64,000 nucleotides of DNA from a virus (lineage: Duplodnaviria; Caudoviricetes), in the IMG/VR virus record IMGVR_UViG_3300037067_007264, positions 81,488 through 145,487 of that record; one strand, written 5' to 3'. A model generated the notes under the pieces. The model was not told the DNA's origin and did no database searches. It was given only the letters and a program-made list of their open reading frames with translations. The first letter of the stretch is position 1, and every line of letters starts with the position of its first letter. The translations under genes and the position numbers were made by a program. This document shows positions 22,791-34,269 of this stretch, piece by piece.

Positions 22791-23363
22791 TGGAACCAAC
22801 TCTTGAGTGGATTCCAGCTCCAGTCAATTCAGAGAAGCTCCTCCTTGATGGGGTCGAGGTTGCTCGAGTTAACTGGTCCTACCCAAGTAAGATCCTGTGG
22901 GTTGCTCGACATCATCGCCCCTTCCCGCTTCAGTACTCCATTCCAGATAAAGTCTCAGAATTCTATGATGACCTTGATGTTGCGAAGACTGAATGTCAAG
23001 CTTACATCATGGATCACTGCAGAAAGTTAGTACCATGTTGAGATCAAAAACTGGAATGATTAGGGTCAATGGTCCTGGTGAAGTACCTGAAGGCCATCAC
23101 TACGCGGTTCTGATCTATTCGAGGGATAGTATCTATGTACCCGGGGACCAACGTTCTAGAGAAGCACCTGGACATGGTTACCCTGAGCATACAGAGAACT
23201 TCGATACATTCGAGCATTGGATTACCACCGACCGTGAAGTTCTCTATGCCTTCCTTGGGGAGCTCGAAGAGGAGAGGTCTCGCCCTTACGCAAAGAAGCA
23301 TCCTTACGTTTTCTTCGAAGTGGTGAAGAAGGGACAGCTTCAACTCAGGCCTGAGATTGCCCT

Positions 23364-23909
23364 ATGACCCCTCAGAAGGATAAGGCTTGGACGGACCTCA
23401 CCTGGCAAGAGATTGTCATCTATTACACAGAACATGCAAAGAGGGGAGAGAAGCAAGCTGTTCGAGAATCATTGAGGTACTCGAGTGCTGAGGCAGTCTT
23501 CCTAGCTTGGGCGATCAGCCGCGGGTTTCCAATCCTGGTCACTCGTCTCAAGGATGCCCCTGCTATCAAAACCCCCGAAGAGATTCGTCTGGTCACTCGC
23601 ATGGGCGGGTACGTTCCAGTACTCGGTGCAGGGGATGGAGTACCTCTCTCACCACTCGAGATGGCTTCCCATGACGGTCAATTTCAAATGTTCCAAGACC
23701 TCGAGCACCGCCCTGATGCGAACTATCACTTGGCTATGATCCAAGCTTGTGAGAATGGTTGCACCGATCTCGTCAAGTATATGCTCGGGAAGAAGCCCCC
23801 TGTGATTAGTGTCACGGACCACGATTATGTATCGATACTGGACCCAGGGAATAGATGGAACCACATGGAAGTTTTAGTACTTCTCCAAGCCGCAGGAGCA
23901 GGCCGGTGA
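23364..23909 (+). CDS. Ankyrin-repeat-like protein
   Basis: SPLEMASHDGQ, AMIQACENGCTDLVKYML and NHMEVLVLLQAAGA resemble degenerate ankyrin repeats. Confidence 0.55.
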   Translation: MTPQKDKAWTDLTWQEIVIYYTEHAKRGEKQAVRESLRYSSAEAVFLAWAISRGFPILVTRLKDAPAIKTPEEIRLVTRMGGYVPVLGAGDGVPLSPLEMASHDGQFQMFQDLEHRPDANYHLAMIQACENGCTDLVKYMLGKKPPVISVTDHDYVSILDPGNRWNHMEVLVLLQAAGAGR

Positions 23910-26205
23910 AGTTGGACAAGATTAGTGACTTGATTGCTCACCTTACCAAGATTCGAAGTAGGCATGGTGATCTTGATATCCTTGTTGAGAACCATCCGGA
24001 CACTGACTTCCGACCTATCGTGAGTGTCAAGCGTCGGATAGCGGACGGGGCTACCGAGGACAAGATTGGGATGAAGGAAGGAACCCCTTACTTCCTCATC
24101 ATCGCTTCGGGAGGGTCTGATGGCTAGTGACCGTTTCGTGAACTGGAAGAAGGGTAAGAAACCATCGAAGTTCGAAATCGAAACGGTGATCCGTCAATTC
24201 TTCTAATCAAGAACCAGACAGAAATCCAATGAAATGCTTATCCAGATTTTCTTCCCGTGGGCCGCGTCACTCATCCTAACTACGACAATTGGTTTGGTCC
24301 TAGAGCCAGATGACTCAGAGTACTCACCGAACATCATGGAGCAACCTGAACTGGAAGAAGGGGATGGTTGCTGATTTTTGGTGAGATTAGGTTACCCTGT
24401 GCGTAATATTGAACATGGCACACTCAGTCCGGAAAGGCCCTCTCGTTCACTCTACTGGCCCCAATGATCATGAAGCCTTAGGCCGAGAACGATTCTGGGA
24501 CATGTCCGAGCAACAACGGGAAGATAACCTGGCCGCTATGGTAGCCCTGGCCAATTCAGGTGTTCTTCAAGCACCTGATAAGGAGTTCGCCCGTGGTTGG
24601 CTATCGGAGCACGAACGGTTCAAGCAAACACGAAAAACCGTGTCAATGATGGCTGTAAGTAGTACAGTGCCCCCAAAGAACCCCAGGATTCACTGATATG
24701 GCAATTGACCTACCCTCAACAGCTGAATTAGACCGTTGCACCAAAGCTTGCACTGCCTTCAACTCATATGAAGAGCTCAAGGAAAAGTGTACTCGCCAGC
24801 AGGACCCTTATATCCCTTCGCTGTCAGACAGGAAACCTGAAGCCGTGGTGGTCGGGAAGGCCCTTGAGGCCTCTGGGTGTCGAGTGTATTGGATGAGAAA
24901 AAGAAGCTAGGTGAGAGACGTGGCATACAGCACACCAGCTATGGCTCAGCAAGCCCAAGCAAAGGCCATGGCCACCGCTCAAAGACTAGTCAACCAAGGG
25001 TTCGCCCCTAAGATTGAGATCAGCCAAGGCGGAGCCTACCAGGTGAAGAGTGCGGACAGTGTGAACCTGACCCTCACAATCTGGGAACCTGAAGTTGGGC
25101 GGTTGCAAACAACTTGGACAATTCCGAGATCGGAGACCTGATGGCAGAGACTAAACACCCACTTCAACTACTCCTAGAGTCTGATGGACTCGAGTGTCAA
25201 TCCTACTCTGGCCGTAGCATGTACAATCAAACCTGCTTGGCCGTAGTGGCCCCGCTAGGTGAGTTGATGGCCGCAGTGGCCAGTACGACAGACTTCAACT
25301 CAGAGGAGGTCTGTGAGGCTGTCAGATGTATCAGACATGATGCCTTGGGTCTCGACACCATCTACTACTTCCCTGAAGTTTCTTTCGTGGAGAATTGAAG
25401 ATGCTACACAACCATGATGCAGGGATTGTGAGGGCTGCTGAAGCTGCCGTTGATGATTGGGAACGTGGTCTAAAAGCCCATGAGAACGGTGATGTTCTTG
25501 CCGTACGCAACATCCAACGGGTTCAGGAATCCGTGAATGTCAAGCGGGCAGCCTTGAAAAATGAGCCCTTACTTGCCGGTCTCATCAGGCTAATCGACTC
25601 TTACCAAGAGCAGGAGGAGATCTCAGACGAAGAAGGGGCTAGATACAGGCGCTTCCTACTCGACCTCTTCCAAGAAGCGCAGAAAGGTAGATCATGAACA
25701 TATCAGACCTAAGCATGAGTGGAATCGGATCCGGAGACATCAAGCTTGATGAGAACATAGCTTGCCGGGTATGTTTGGCGAGTGAGATCAAGTTGTGTGA
25801 TATCACGGATCTCCCAAAGAGTTTTAGTACGAAGACTGAATCCAAACCTGTGTACTTGGTGTTCACAGTGGTCTACATACCAACCCTCGAGTTGTACTTT
25901 GCCAAGTGGGACTTACGAGGAGATTATGATCCCCCTGAGCAACATCGAACTATTGTGAAGCCGTGGAGTGGCGGGTTATGGGTTACTGTACAGGCAACTG
26001 AACATCTGAAGGAGGCCATCAAGCTTTCGATAGCCAGGGTTGTATCCGGCGAGTACCACATCAATACGAAGGGGAAGCCTATTGATCCTGATGCAAGTCT
26101 CCTTCAGGACTTCAAGGATGCTGGGTGGGTAGAAAACCAATCTGAAAAGAACACCTCAGGCCAATAAAGCTTGACACTAAATTCCACCTGGAGTACCATA
26201 ACAAA

Positions 26206-26292
26206 CGACAGTAGACATGGTGTAGGTTAGTTGTTTAGGCATAGGTTGAGCGGCCTCCAGATTATTCTTTCTCTGGAGGTCGTTCCCTTTTG
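26206..26292 (+). ncRNA. Candidate small RNA B (same 3' bulged stem as RNA A)
   Basis: TTGACA (26171), 17 nt, TACCAT (26194); AGGTTGAGCGGCC...GGTCGTTCCCTTTT. Confidence 0.45.
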
Positions 26293-26332
26293 TGGCCTTG
26301 ACTAGCGGATCACTAAGAGTTATGCTTTGGAT

Positions 26333-26522
26333 TCGTCAGTCTTTCTAGCTCCCTCACCAGTAGGTCTGAAGTACGCGTGTTCTCATGAGCCTTCCGGGGA
26401 CTTGTAAGTCTCAGTCACGGGGAAGGCCACCCTGAGAATACGGAGGAACCGTTACTGGATTCTCTGTAGATAGGTAAATGAAAGGCCTCCCGAGTGTGCA
26501 CCTCGAGGAGGCCTTCCGTTAT
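26333..26522 (+). ncRNA. Candidate rod-like structured RNA of about 190 nt
   Basis: TTGACT (26298), 17 nt, TATGCT (26321); nested stems CCAGTA/TACTGG, CGTGTTCTCA/TGAGAATACG, GCCTTCC/GGAAGGC; 3' hairpin AAGGCCTCC...GGAGGCCTT. Confidence 0.45.
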
Positions 26523-26848
26523 TTGGACTTGGCCTTCTCTTCCAGATACTGACGAGGGTCATCCTCACCTGTCTCTGGATCCGACCACTCTTCCCATCCT
26601 GGAGTACCGTTACCATCAGTATCCAATGACCATTGCTGGACACCTCCGGCATTACTGTAGTCCGGCTTGATTCGGTTCTCGTACTGAAAGAGATCGTACT
26701 GGGCGAGGATATCCATTACCCGTACTCCCATTTCGAGTGAGTCTACCGGTACAGTGAATGGTTTACCAGGTACCTGAGGTATCCACCATACCTGGAGGTC
26801 GCCTACTTTATGATTCGGAACCTGTCGGGGCTGTTTTTTAGTTTTCAT
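26519..26848 (-). CDS. P22 gp17-like protein (superinfection-exclusion/anti-Abi Gp17 family)
   Basis: LQVWWIPQVPGKPF.V.V.S...G..VMD.LA.YDLFQYEN.IKPDYSNAGG matches the Gp17 pattern as recalled; TGAGGT-N14-CGTA promoter upstream. Confidence 0.8.
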   Translation of the reverse strand: MKTKKQPRQVPNHKVGDLQVWWIPQVPGKPFTVPVDSLEMGVRVMDILAQYDLFQYENRIKPDYSNAGGVQQWSLDTDGNGTPGWEEWSDPETGEDDPRQYLEEKAKSK

Positions 26849-27351
26849 GCCCAATACTACGTTTCAAGAAGGGCAACCTCAACAAGAAAGATTTGAGCTT
26901 GCCCTTCTTGAAGATTCCTTGTAGTTAGAAGACACACCTTGTTAGGGAGGGCTCCCAGAGCAAGGTTGAACGGCCTCTAAGTCAGGGGTAAAATCCACGA
27001 ACTTGGGGGCCGTTCTCTTTTAAGAGTGACCTCTACATCTACTTGAGGTAATGTAGGCCATCGTTCATTTCGTTGGTGAGCGATCTTTGCCAAAAGGATG
27101 AGCGGCCGGTCCTGGGTTTCTGCGGTTCTCGTCATTCCTATCCCCACTCCTGAAGTTGACTGTAATCTAGGGCCGGCCGTTTCGTTACATTGGAATAGTG
27201 GAACCCTAGGGGCAGGGTGAGCCACCCTCACTCGGAGCTGACCAGTAATTTCCGGCACCTGCCGGCACACACTGGCACATTGATTTTTAAGGCCCCTAAC
27301 GGAATAGGTTGTCCCGTAAAATAAGCCAAAGGATTACCCACAGGCCCATCT

Positions 27352-27391
27352 CATGACACCCCATGACACCCCACGGCACCCCATAACAGGG
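27352..27391. repeat. Tandem 10-bp repeats (CATGACACCC-like x3-4)
   Basis: catgacaccc catgacaccc cacggcaccc cataacaggg. Confidence 0.6.
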
Positions 27392-27406
27392 CTTGAAATG
27401 TCGCAC

Positions 27407-27443
27407 AAAAAGTGACAGCTTATCCCCAAAGCTGTCACTTTTT
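27407..27443. terminator. 15-bp perfect inverted repeat, probable bidirectional intrinsic terminator
   Basis: AAAAAGTGACAGCTT-N7-AAGCTGTCACTTTTT. Confidence 0.65.
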
Positions 27444-27509
27444 ACTTTGGGGCTTCATTTGTTGTAACTAATTTGCTGAGATCTGAACTACTTGCACGTA
27501 GTATTGATC

Positions 27510-28112
27510 ATGGATGAGCTAGAACTTGATAACCTTCCCGTAGCCTCAGATGAGCTGGCTGCGAGCCTCAAAACTCTAGTAGTCGATGGATCCGATAAGA
27601 TCCGGGACTACTCGACTTATGTTACCCTTCGGAAGTTTGACATCGAGTGCACGATTACCGCGGAGTGGACCTTCAACTTTGGTGATAAGGGTCGCTACTT
27701 CAATGATTCCCAAGGTAATGAGTTCATCCAGTCTACCTTGAGGGTCACCATCAGCCACCAGAGTCAGGCCTCTGATGACCTCGACCTAACTATAAGCAGG
27801 GTCAAGTTCATTCTTGCCTGCTGTGAGGCGGCAAATAAACTCAAGGCTGCCAACGAGGGTAAGAGGGTCTATCAGGTGTGGGAGACCGTTGAGGATAAGG
27901 CGAGGAAACTTCACGAGAAGAACAAGAAAGACCTCCTGACCTCTATTCGGTCTCACCTCAACGGAATGCGAGTCAAGAACAGTCGAACCTTTTGTGATGA
28001 AAGCTTCTCGGACGTGCTCGTACAAGGTGACTACGACATAGAGATCCTGGCCAAGAAGTACCATGTCAATGTAAGCTTCTCCAAGATAGTCACTGTTACA
28101 AGGACAGCATAG
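27510..28112 (+). CDS. Hypothetical phage protein
   Basis: Start reassigned to ATG 27510, 9 nt after CGTA of the promoter at 27477-27500. Confidence 0.7.
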   Translation: MDELELDNLPVASDELAASLKTLVVDGSDKIRDYSTYVTLRKFDIECTITAEWTFNFGDKGRYFNDSQGNEFIQSTLRVTISHQSQASDDLDLTISRVKFILACCEAANKLKAANEGKRVYQVWETVEDKARKLHEKNKKDLLTSIRSHLNGMRVKNSRTFCDESFSDVLVQGDYDIEILAKKYHVNVSFSKIVTVTRTA

Positions 28113-30050
28113 TCAAGTATTTTGGTGAGATCCAACTACCTGCTTCGTAATACTGACATGGATTCGCTAACTCAGATCATCATTAGGGCTCGTAGCATCA
28201 GTTCTGATGCTTGGGACTTGAATGTAGAGGCTACTCCACATGGAGATCAGGAGCCTGTCATTGAAGCTCGACGGCAATGTCTGGCCGCATATGATGATGC
28301 TCTTCAGGCTACCTCACTACGAGAAGCTCACCTCTATCTTCAGATTGCTAGGGATCTTGAGGAACAATGGAGCACTGCTTCCGAGGCCGAGACGGCCCTC
28401 GACAATCCGATGTTTGACCCTCAACCATTATCTTCCAGAAGTCGAATGGCCCAAGCTCTCGAGGTAGACTTCCTATGACACTGAACCCAACTACAACTCA
28501 CGGAGAACAGCCCTTCACCGGCAACCAGAAGGTTATCCTGGAGAAGCGGACCCCCGGGAAACGTTTCGAGCAGGGCTCGATTCAAAGACTTGGTAAGATC
28601 ATGTCAAAACCCACAACCAAAGAACCTGAAGTCTTTGAGCTCAATCGAGAGTACTTCATAGCCTGGACCGAAGGAATCCTCCTCGACTTCAAAAGAGGTA
28701 AGGGCATTGTTCTTGATGGATCCGAGTTTGCCAAACGATGTGAGGCAGCTGAAAAGGCTATGGAAGGTGGTGCAACCATCTTCCTAACTGATGCTCACGG
28801 AAAGAGAATTACCAAGATGTTCGATGCCGGTGACGGCTACACGGAAGAGGAGTTGTAGAAAACCAATGACTGTCAAACTCATCAAGCATACAAGTGAATG
28901 TGACCACGAGGATGATCCTAGTCTTCCCTTCAAGCTCTACATGACGCTAAAGCCACCGGAGTTCATGGAGTTTACATGGTTCAGCCTCTATGGCGGATCA
29001 GAGGAGATCATTGCACGAGGAGATACTCTTGAGGAAGTGACCGCCTGGATGGAGAAGAATGACCTCAAGGAGCACACCAGACTAATCCGATATTCGATAC
29101 TCGATGGGGACGGAAAAGTGGTTGATTCTTGGGATCGGCATGCCAAGCCCGAGGCTAAAACTGAGATTAATCTCGAGGGTGTTGTAGAGGGGTCATGAAA
29201 GATCTCTTTGCTCGCGTCTATGACGTCCTAGAGAGGCTCGCGGAAGCTCCTCGGGGTAGACGTGAGGACTTCATAGAGTACCTCACTCGAGTGGCGGAGA
29301 CCGACCGCAAATGGAACTCAGTTGAGTTCAGGTTCATGGGGTCACTCGGTGAAGGTGGAAAGTTTTGGTTTGATCCAGAGTGGTTTTTCGTCAACTGTTA
29401 CCCAGAGGATCGAAACAGAGATCGCATTGAAACCATCAATCAAACAAATGAGGCTCTTGTTCCTCTCTTTGAAGAATACCAGCGGAAGTGTCTGAAATCA
29501 TGAACAACTATCTTGGGTTCACTCTTGATAACAAGTACTTCGTCTCGAAGGTCCCCCAACCTGATGAGGAGCAGTACACCATGGTCGGCCCGTTCCAAAC
29601 CTCCTTCAGAGCCCGGCTGTGGGTTGTCGAGCGAATGAACCAAGGGGATCGATTGGTGGAAAGTTGGGGTCGTGGAGGTATCTTCAAGAAGCACGGTGAC
29701 CGCCTCATCCCGATTCTGGGGGTCGAAAATGTCACTCTTGACCCCGAGAAGCACAAGCACTTCCGATGGCACACCGTCGACGATTATGTTGGGGAAGGAT
29801 CCTAAGATGACTCATCTGACAACTTCCCTCTCTGCTTGGAAGAAGTATCGATCGGGTCTTGCCCTGGCTAGGGCTGATCAGGAATCGGTTACCAAGGCCG
29901 AACAGCATCTTGACCGGAAGGAGGGGAACAAGATCATCCTGACCAAGCGTGGCCAGCCCTTTGCCTACGTGGTCTCCTACGGTGAGGGGTATGAGTTCGA
30001 TCGAATCCCTTTAGTGGTGAGATCCAAGCCCCTCAACCGTAGTACTGAGC

Positions 30051-30479
30051 ATGACTGACCGAGCCCACCTTGCCATCTCGAACGTGTATACGGATAAGGA
30101 TCTTGAAGCCCTCACTCCCGAACAGAAGACTCAGTGGAAGGGCTACACCTACAAGATGACCTACGAAACATGGGACGAGGAAGCCCTCGAATGTGGTGAT
30201 ACCGATGACAAGGGCTGGAAGGAAGAAGGCTCCGAAGCCTACGAGACTCTGGATGAGCTGCTCCGAATCGTAGCTTCTGACGCCAACTGGTCAGGGTGGT
30301 CTAGTACCAACCCAGGCCCCCGTGATTGGATCAACTCCTACGGCGAAGAAGAACCTAATGGTGAACGCACCAACAATTCACTCTGGATCGAACATGCCGA
30401 CGGTCTCCCTATCACTTTGGCCGAACAGGTCCACATCTCGAACCACCTCAAGATTCACCACCCGGAGTCAAGGATCTAA
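30051..30479 (+). CDS. Hypothetical acidic phage protein
   Basis: After TGAGAT-N14-CGTA (30018-30041). Confidence 0.7.
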   Translation: MTDRAHLAISNVYTDKDLEALTPEQKTQWKGYTYKMTYETWDEEALECGDTDDKGWKEEGSEAYETLDELLRIVASDANWSGWSSTNPGPRDWINSYGEEEPNGERTNNSLWIEHADGLPITLAEQVHISNHLKIHHPESRI

Positions 30480-33400
30480 TATGACCAACTTTGCCCAGGC
30501 TCACTTGAAGAAGTATTCAGTTGACACGCTGGATCCTAGAACCTTGAGGATTCTCATTAAGGGTGCTGACAAGGGCCTAGCTTGGGCCAATTACCTAGTA
30601 GCTATCGTGCCCTCGGATGACTCTCTTATGAGTGAACTTCAGGCCGAGGTCACTGAGCTGACTGAGGCTAAGGCACTAATGTCTCAAGAGCTCGAGAAGA
30701 AACTTCAAGCCTGTCAGGAAGCTTGGGGTAAGGTCATTGATGAGGAGAGGGCAGTTCGTTTTGTGACCCGTGGTGGAAGTACTACCGAAGATGAGTACCC
30801 TACTCCGGAGTCGGCCCGAGAAGCCATTGCAGAATTGAGCCAGAACTACACCTTCACATGTGTTGAATTAGTAAAAAAGGGGTGAGATCTCACCCCCTCA
30901 CACGTAATACTGAGCATGACCACCTCGACCAACCCCACGATTACCACTGGTTGCATCGTCTACGTCCGCAAGGGTTGCAATTCGTGGCCCAACATCTCGA
31001 AGGGTACCACCCTCCAGGTATTGGAGATCACTCCGATGGGGTCTGACCACAGTCATCAGGTTCGGGTACTTTTCAAGTCCCTGAATGGTAGCCGACGGGG
31101 TTCAACGTTCGCTATGTACGCCCGTCACATCAATCGCCTGTCGGACCCCTTCACCCGTCTCAACCAGGGTGACCCAACCACGAACATCGAAATCGAGTTC
31201 CTAACAGCTCCGGTTACCCAATAGGACCCCCATGTCTGAAGTGTTCAAGTGTCGAGTTATCAAGCCGAGTGCTACCCCTTGGGTTGAAGTACAAGCTGAT
31301 ACTATCGAGGATGCTGCTAGTAAGTTCTACTCAAAACTACCTACCAGTCAGTCAGCGGTGAAGTGGCGGCTCGAGGATGGTTCCTATGCTCACTTCGTTC
31401 TGTACGAGGTTGAGAATGCTGAGTCTTTGGATCAATTCATAGGCCGTTGGTTCACAAAAGGAATCACGCGCAAAGGTGGGTTCAAGTCAGGTCCTCAAAC
31501 CCTCAAACAGCTTGCCGAGATCTTGGGTTGGACAAAAGACCCCAATGATCTGCTTACCAAGTGGGAAGGTGAGGAAGAGGAGTGGTATGATTCTTCTGGT
31601 AAGGCGGTGTCAGCGTGAACCTCCGCCAGCTACGACTCGAGGAGGCCTCCTTCTCTCACTTCGTCGGTAAGTCAGAGGTTGCTGTTGCAGCTTACTGGAA
31701 TGGCGAGAAGGGGTTTGAAAACCGGTACACCAGTAGTGAGGAGGCCTTCGCGAGTGAGGAAGCCTTCACCTCCAGTGAGCTCTACCAAGAGCTGAAGACC
31801 AAAGCATTCCAAGACCTCCAAAGGACTCTGGAACATCGATTCAAGGTAGTGGCCCCACTCATCCGAGGGACGGAGGGGGTCAACCAGGCGATCGAAAACC
31901 TGAATGAGCTCCCTAGTCTATGGAGCTCCGCAAGACACCTGCTGACGTGCCTCAAGCGATGTAAGAACGGGTCAAAGATGTGGGAGGTCTACGACAGAAG
32001 ACACATAGACATCTCCAACCGAGCATCGGAGATGTCCTCTCAGATTCGGATAACTCTGATGGAGATCAAGCGCACCCTGGATAAGAACAACAGTGAGCCG
32101 ACACCGGAACCTGAGCTGAAGTCCCGGTGGAAGGATATGGATCGAGTCTGGGAACTCGTCGACATCACCATCATGGCTGAAGAGCCCTACTACCACTTGA
32201 AGCTGGTATCAGGCTGGTATTCGATGCCAACGCGGGTTGTCGATAGTATGTGGTTTCGGGGTAAGAAAGTTGAGACCCAATGAATACTTGTAGTACCGAT
32301 GTTGAGAATTGTCTTCCAGGACATAATTGGATATGCTTCTCGTTTGAAGTGAAGGGCTATGACTCTCGTCCAATCAAGAACCCTCCCCTCGGCCCTTGGT
32401 GGGAAGACGGACATGGATTGGGTTTCGTTTCAGTAATGGCCTACATTCCATTAGGTAGCTCCACTCCCGAAGAAACTGAGGCTGTGCTTAAGGACTATTG
32501 GCCGAAAGCGACCGTGATCGACAGTAAGGTGCAAGATGGTATCAGGTTTACCAGCCTTTACCCATGCCCTAAGTGGTGGAAAGGTGACGGTTCGTTGAGT
32601 TCCTGCTGAGTTTGAAAATTATTCTTTGAGAAGATGTTGAGATCCAAGACCGTCATCCGTATTACTAAGCATGACGGGCTGGAAAGACAGCTGGGAATCG
32701 AGGCTCTCCCTTGATGGAATGACCGGTACCGAAGCGGTCACAAACACCTACCTAGCTTAATGAGCTTACTGTCCGGATGGAGTTACTATGAACCAAGTTG
32801 AATATGAAGCACTTCCTGATGTAGCTCCTCCAGAGAATGCAGAACGACTACTTCAGACAGCTCGTTTTGAGCGTGACCGAGAGACCTCCTCCTACAAGTC
32901 CTTCTCTGGAACTGATGTGGCCGAAGCTCCTATCCACGGTATGTTGGCCGACACCTACGCCTGTATAGCTCTGGGTAAAGACATTGAAGCCACTCTAACC
33001 CTCTTCGAAGCCAAGTGGCGTGTCTACGCAAAGGAACAACAGGCACGAGTGGCTGCTGCTCCTAAACTCAAGCATGGACCTTCATCCGGTGCCTCAGTCA
33101 TTCACCACAGATGGGTGAGTGAAGAGTTGTGGGAGACCCACGCTCGCCACGTCAGAGCTATGCTACAAATGACACCTAACACTGAAACAAAACCATCATG
33201 ATTAGATTCCGATCTAGGTTTAGCATGTTCGTCATCTTAGGTATTGCTGCCCTTGTGGTACTAGTAATCACAGAGCTTACTTTACTTAACCAGGGAGCAC
33301 TAGCCAAAAACAAACTCGAGTGTGGGCACGCTTGTTGGCCTTATGTCGTAGTAGCCAGTGTTGATCCCTCGTGTTCCTGCGCTAACGGATCCTTACTTTG

Positions 33401-34269
33401 GAGAAAGGACATCCGCTCAAAACGGGTGGCTAATTGAACCATGGCAATGACTATCGACTACACCCTACCGCTGTTTGACTTAGTTCAGAACTACTTCCTG
33501 AATGTGACCATCATAGCGGCTAGGGAATGTTTCGAACCCCTACTGAACGACTACAAGCTCGAATCGAGCTCACAGTCCAATGATACCTTAGTCACAATTT
33601 CAGGAACGTATACTGAAGAACCCCTTCACATAACACTGAGCATAAAGCAGAGTAATAAGCGCAACTACTACTGTGTTGGGGTGGTAGCCACCTGGGACAA
33701 TAAACCCAACCATGCCCCGTTCGACATGACCTTTCAGTGTTCCATAGTAGACCACCCAATCAAGTACTTCGATAAAATTCGAACCACCCTTGTTAAAGCA
33801 CTCCTGACCAAGGAAACCTAATGCCTCTATCCGACTGGAAAGTAGGGATGCCAGCCATCTACACGGACACTTACACCAACGATCCCAAAGGGAGAGTGAT
33901 ACGGACAACTATCACCAAGATTGGTCGATTGTATGTGACCATCAACGGTGGCAAGCAATTTGACGTAACCAACACACCGGGTGTGGAACACAATGCTTAC
34001 TCCACGTCAGCCCTTCTCTACACTATCGAACAGTACGAGGAAGAAGCCTATCGGGAAGAGGTTCGCAAAGCTATCCTTGATCAGTTTGATTGGAGGGGTC
34101 GCTGCCGAGCCGAACTAAACATCACCATCCGGATAGGGGATGTACTCGGTATCGAGAAGCCCAAGCATCTTCAGAAGTTGATCCCGACCATTGAAGAGCT
34201 TCGTACCTCTGTGGAGCAACTCGGTAGAGACATGGAACTCGATCGGAAACGGGACAGAGAAGGTAGAGT

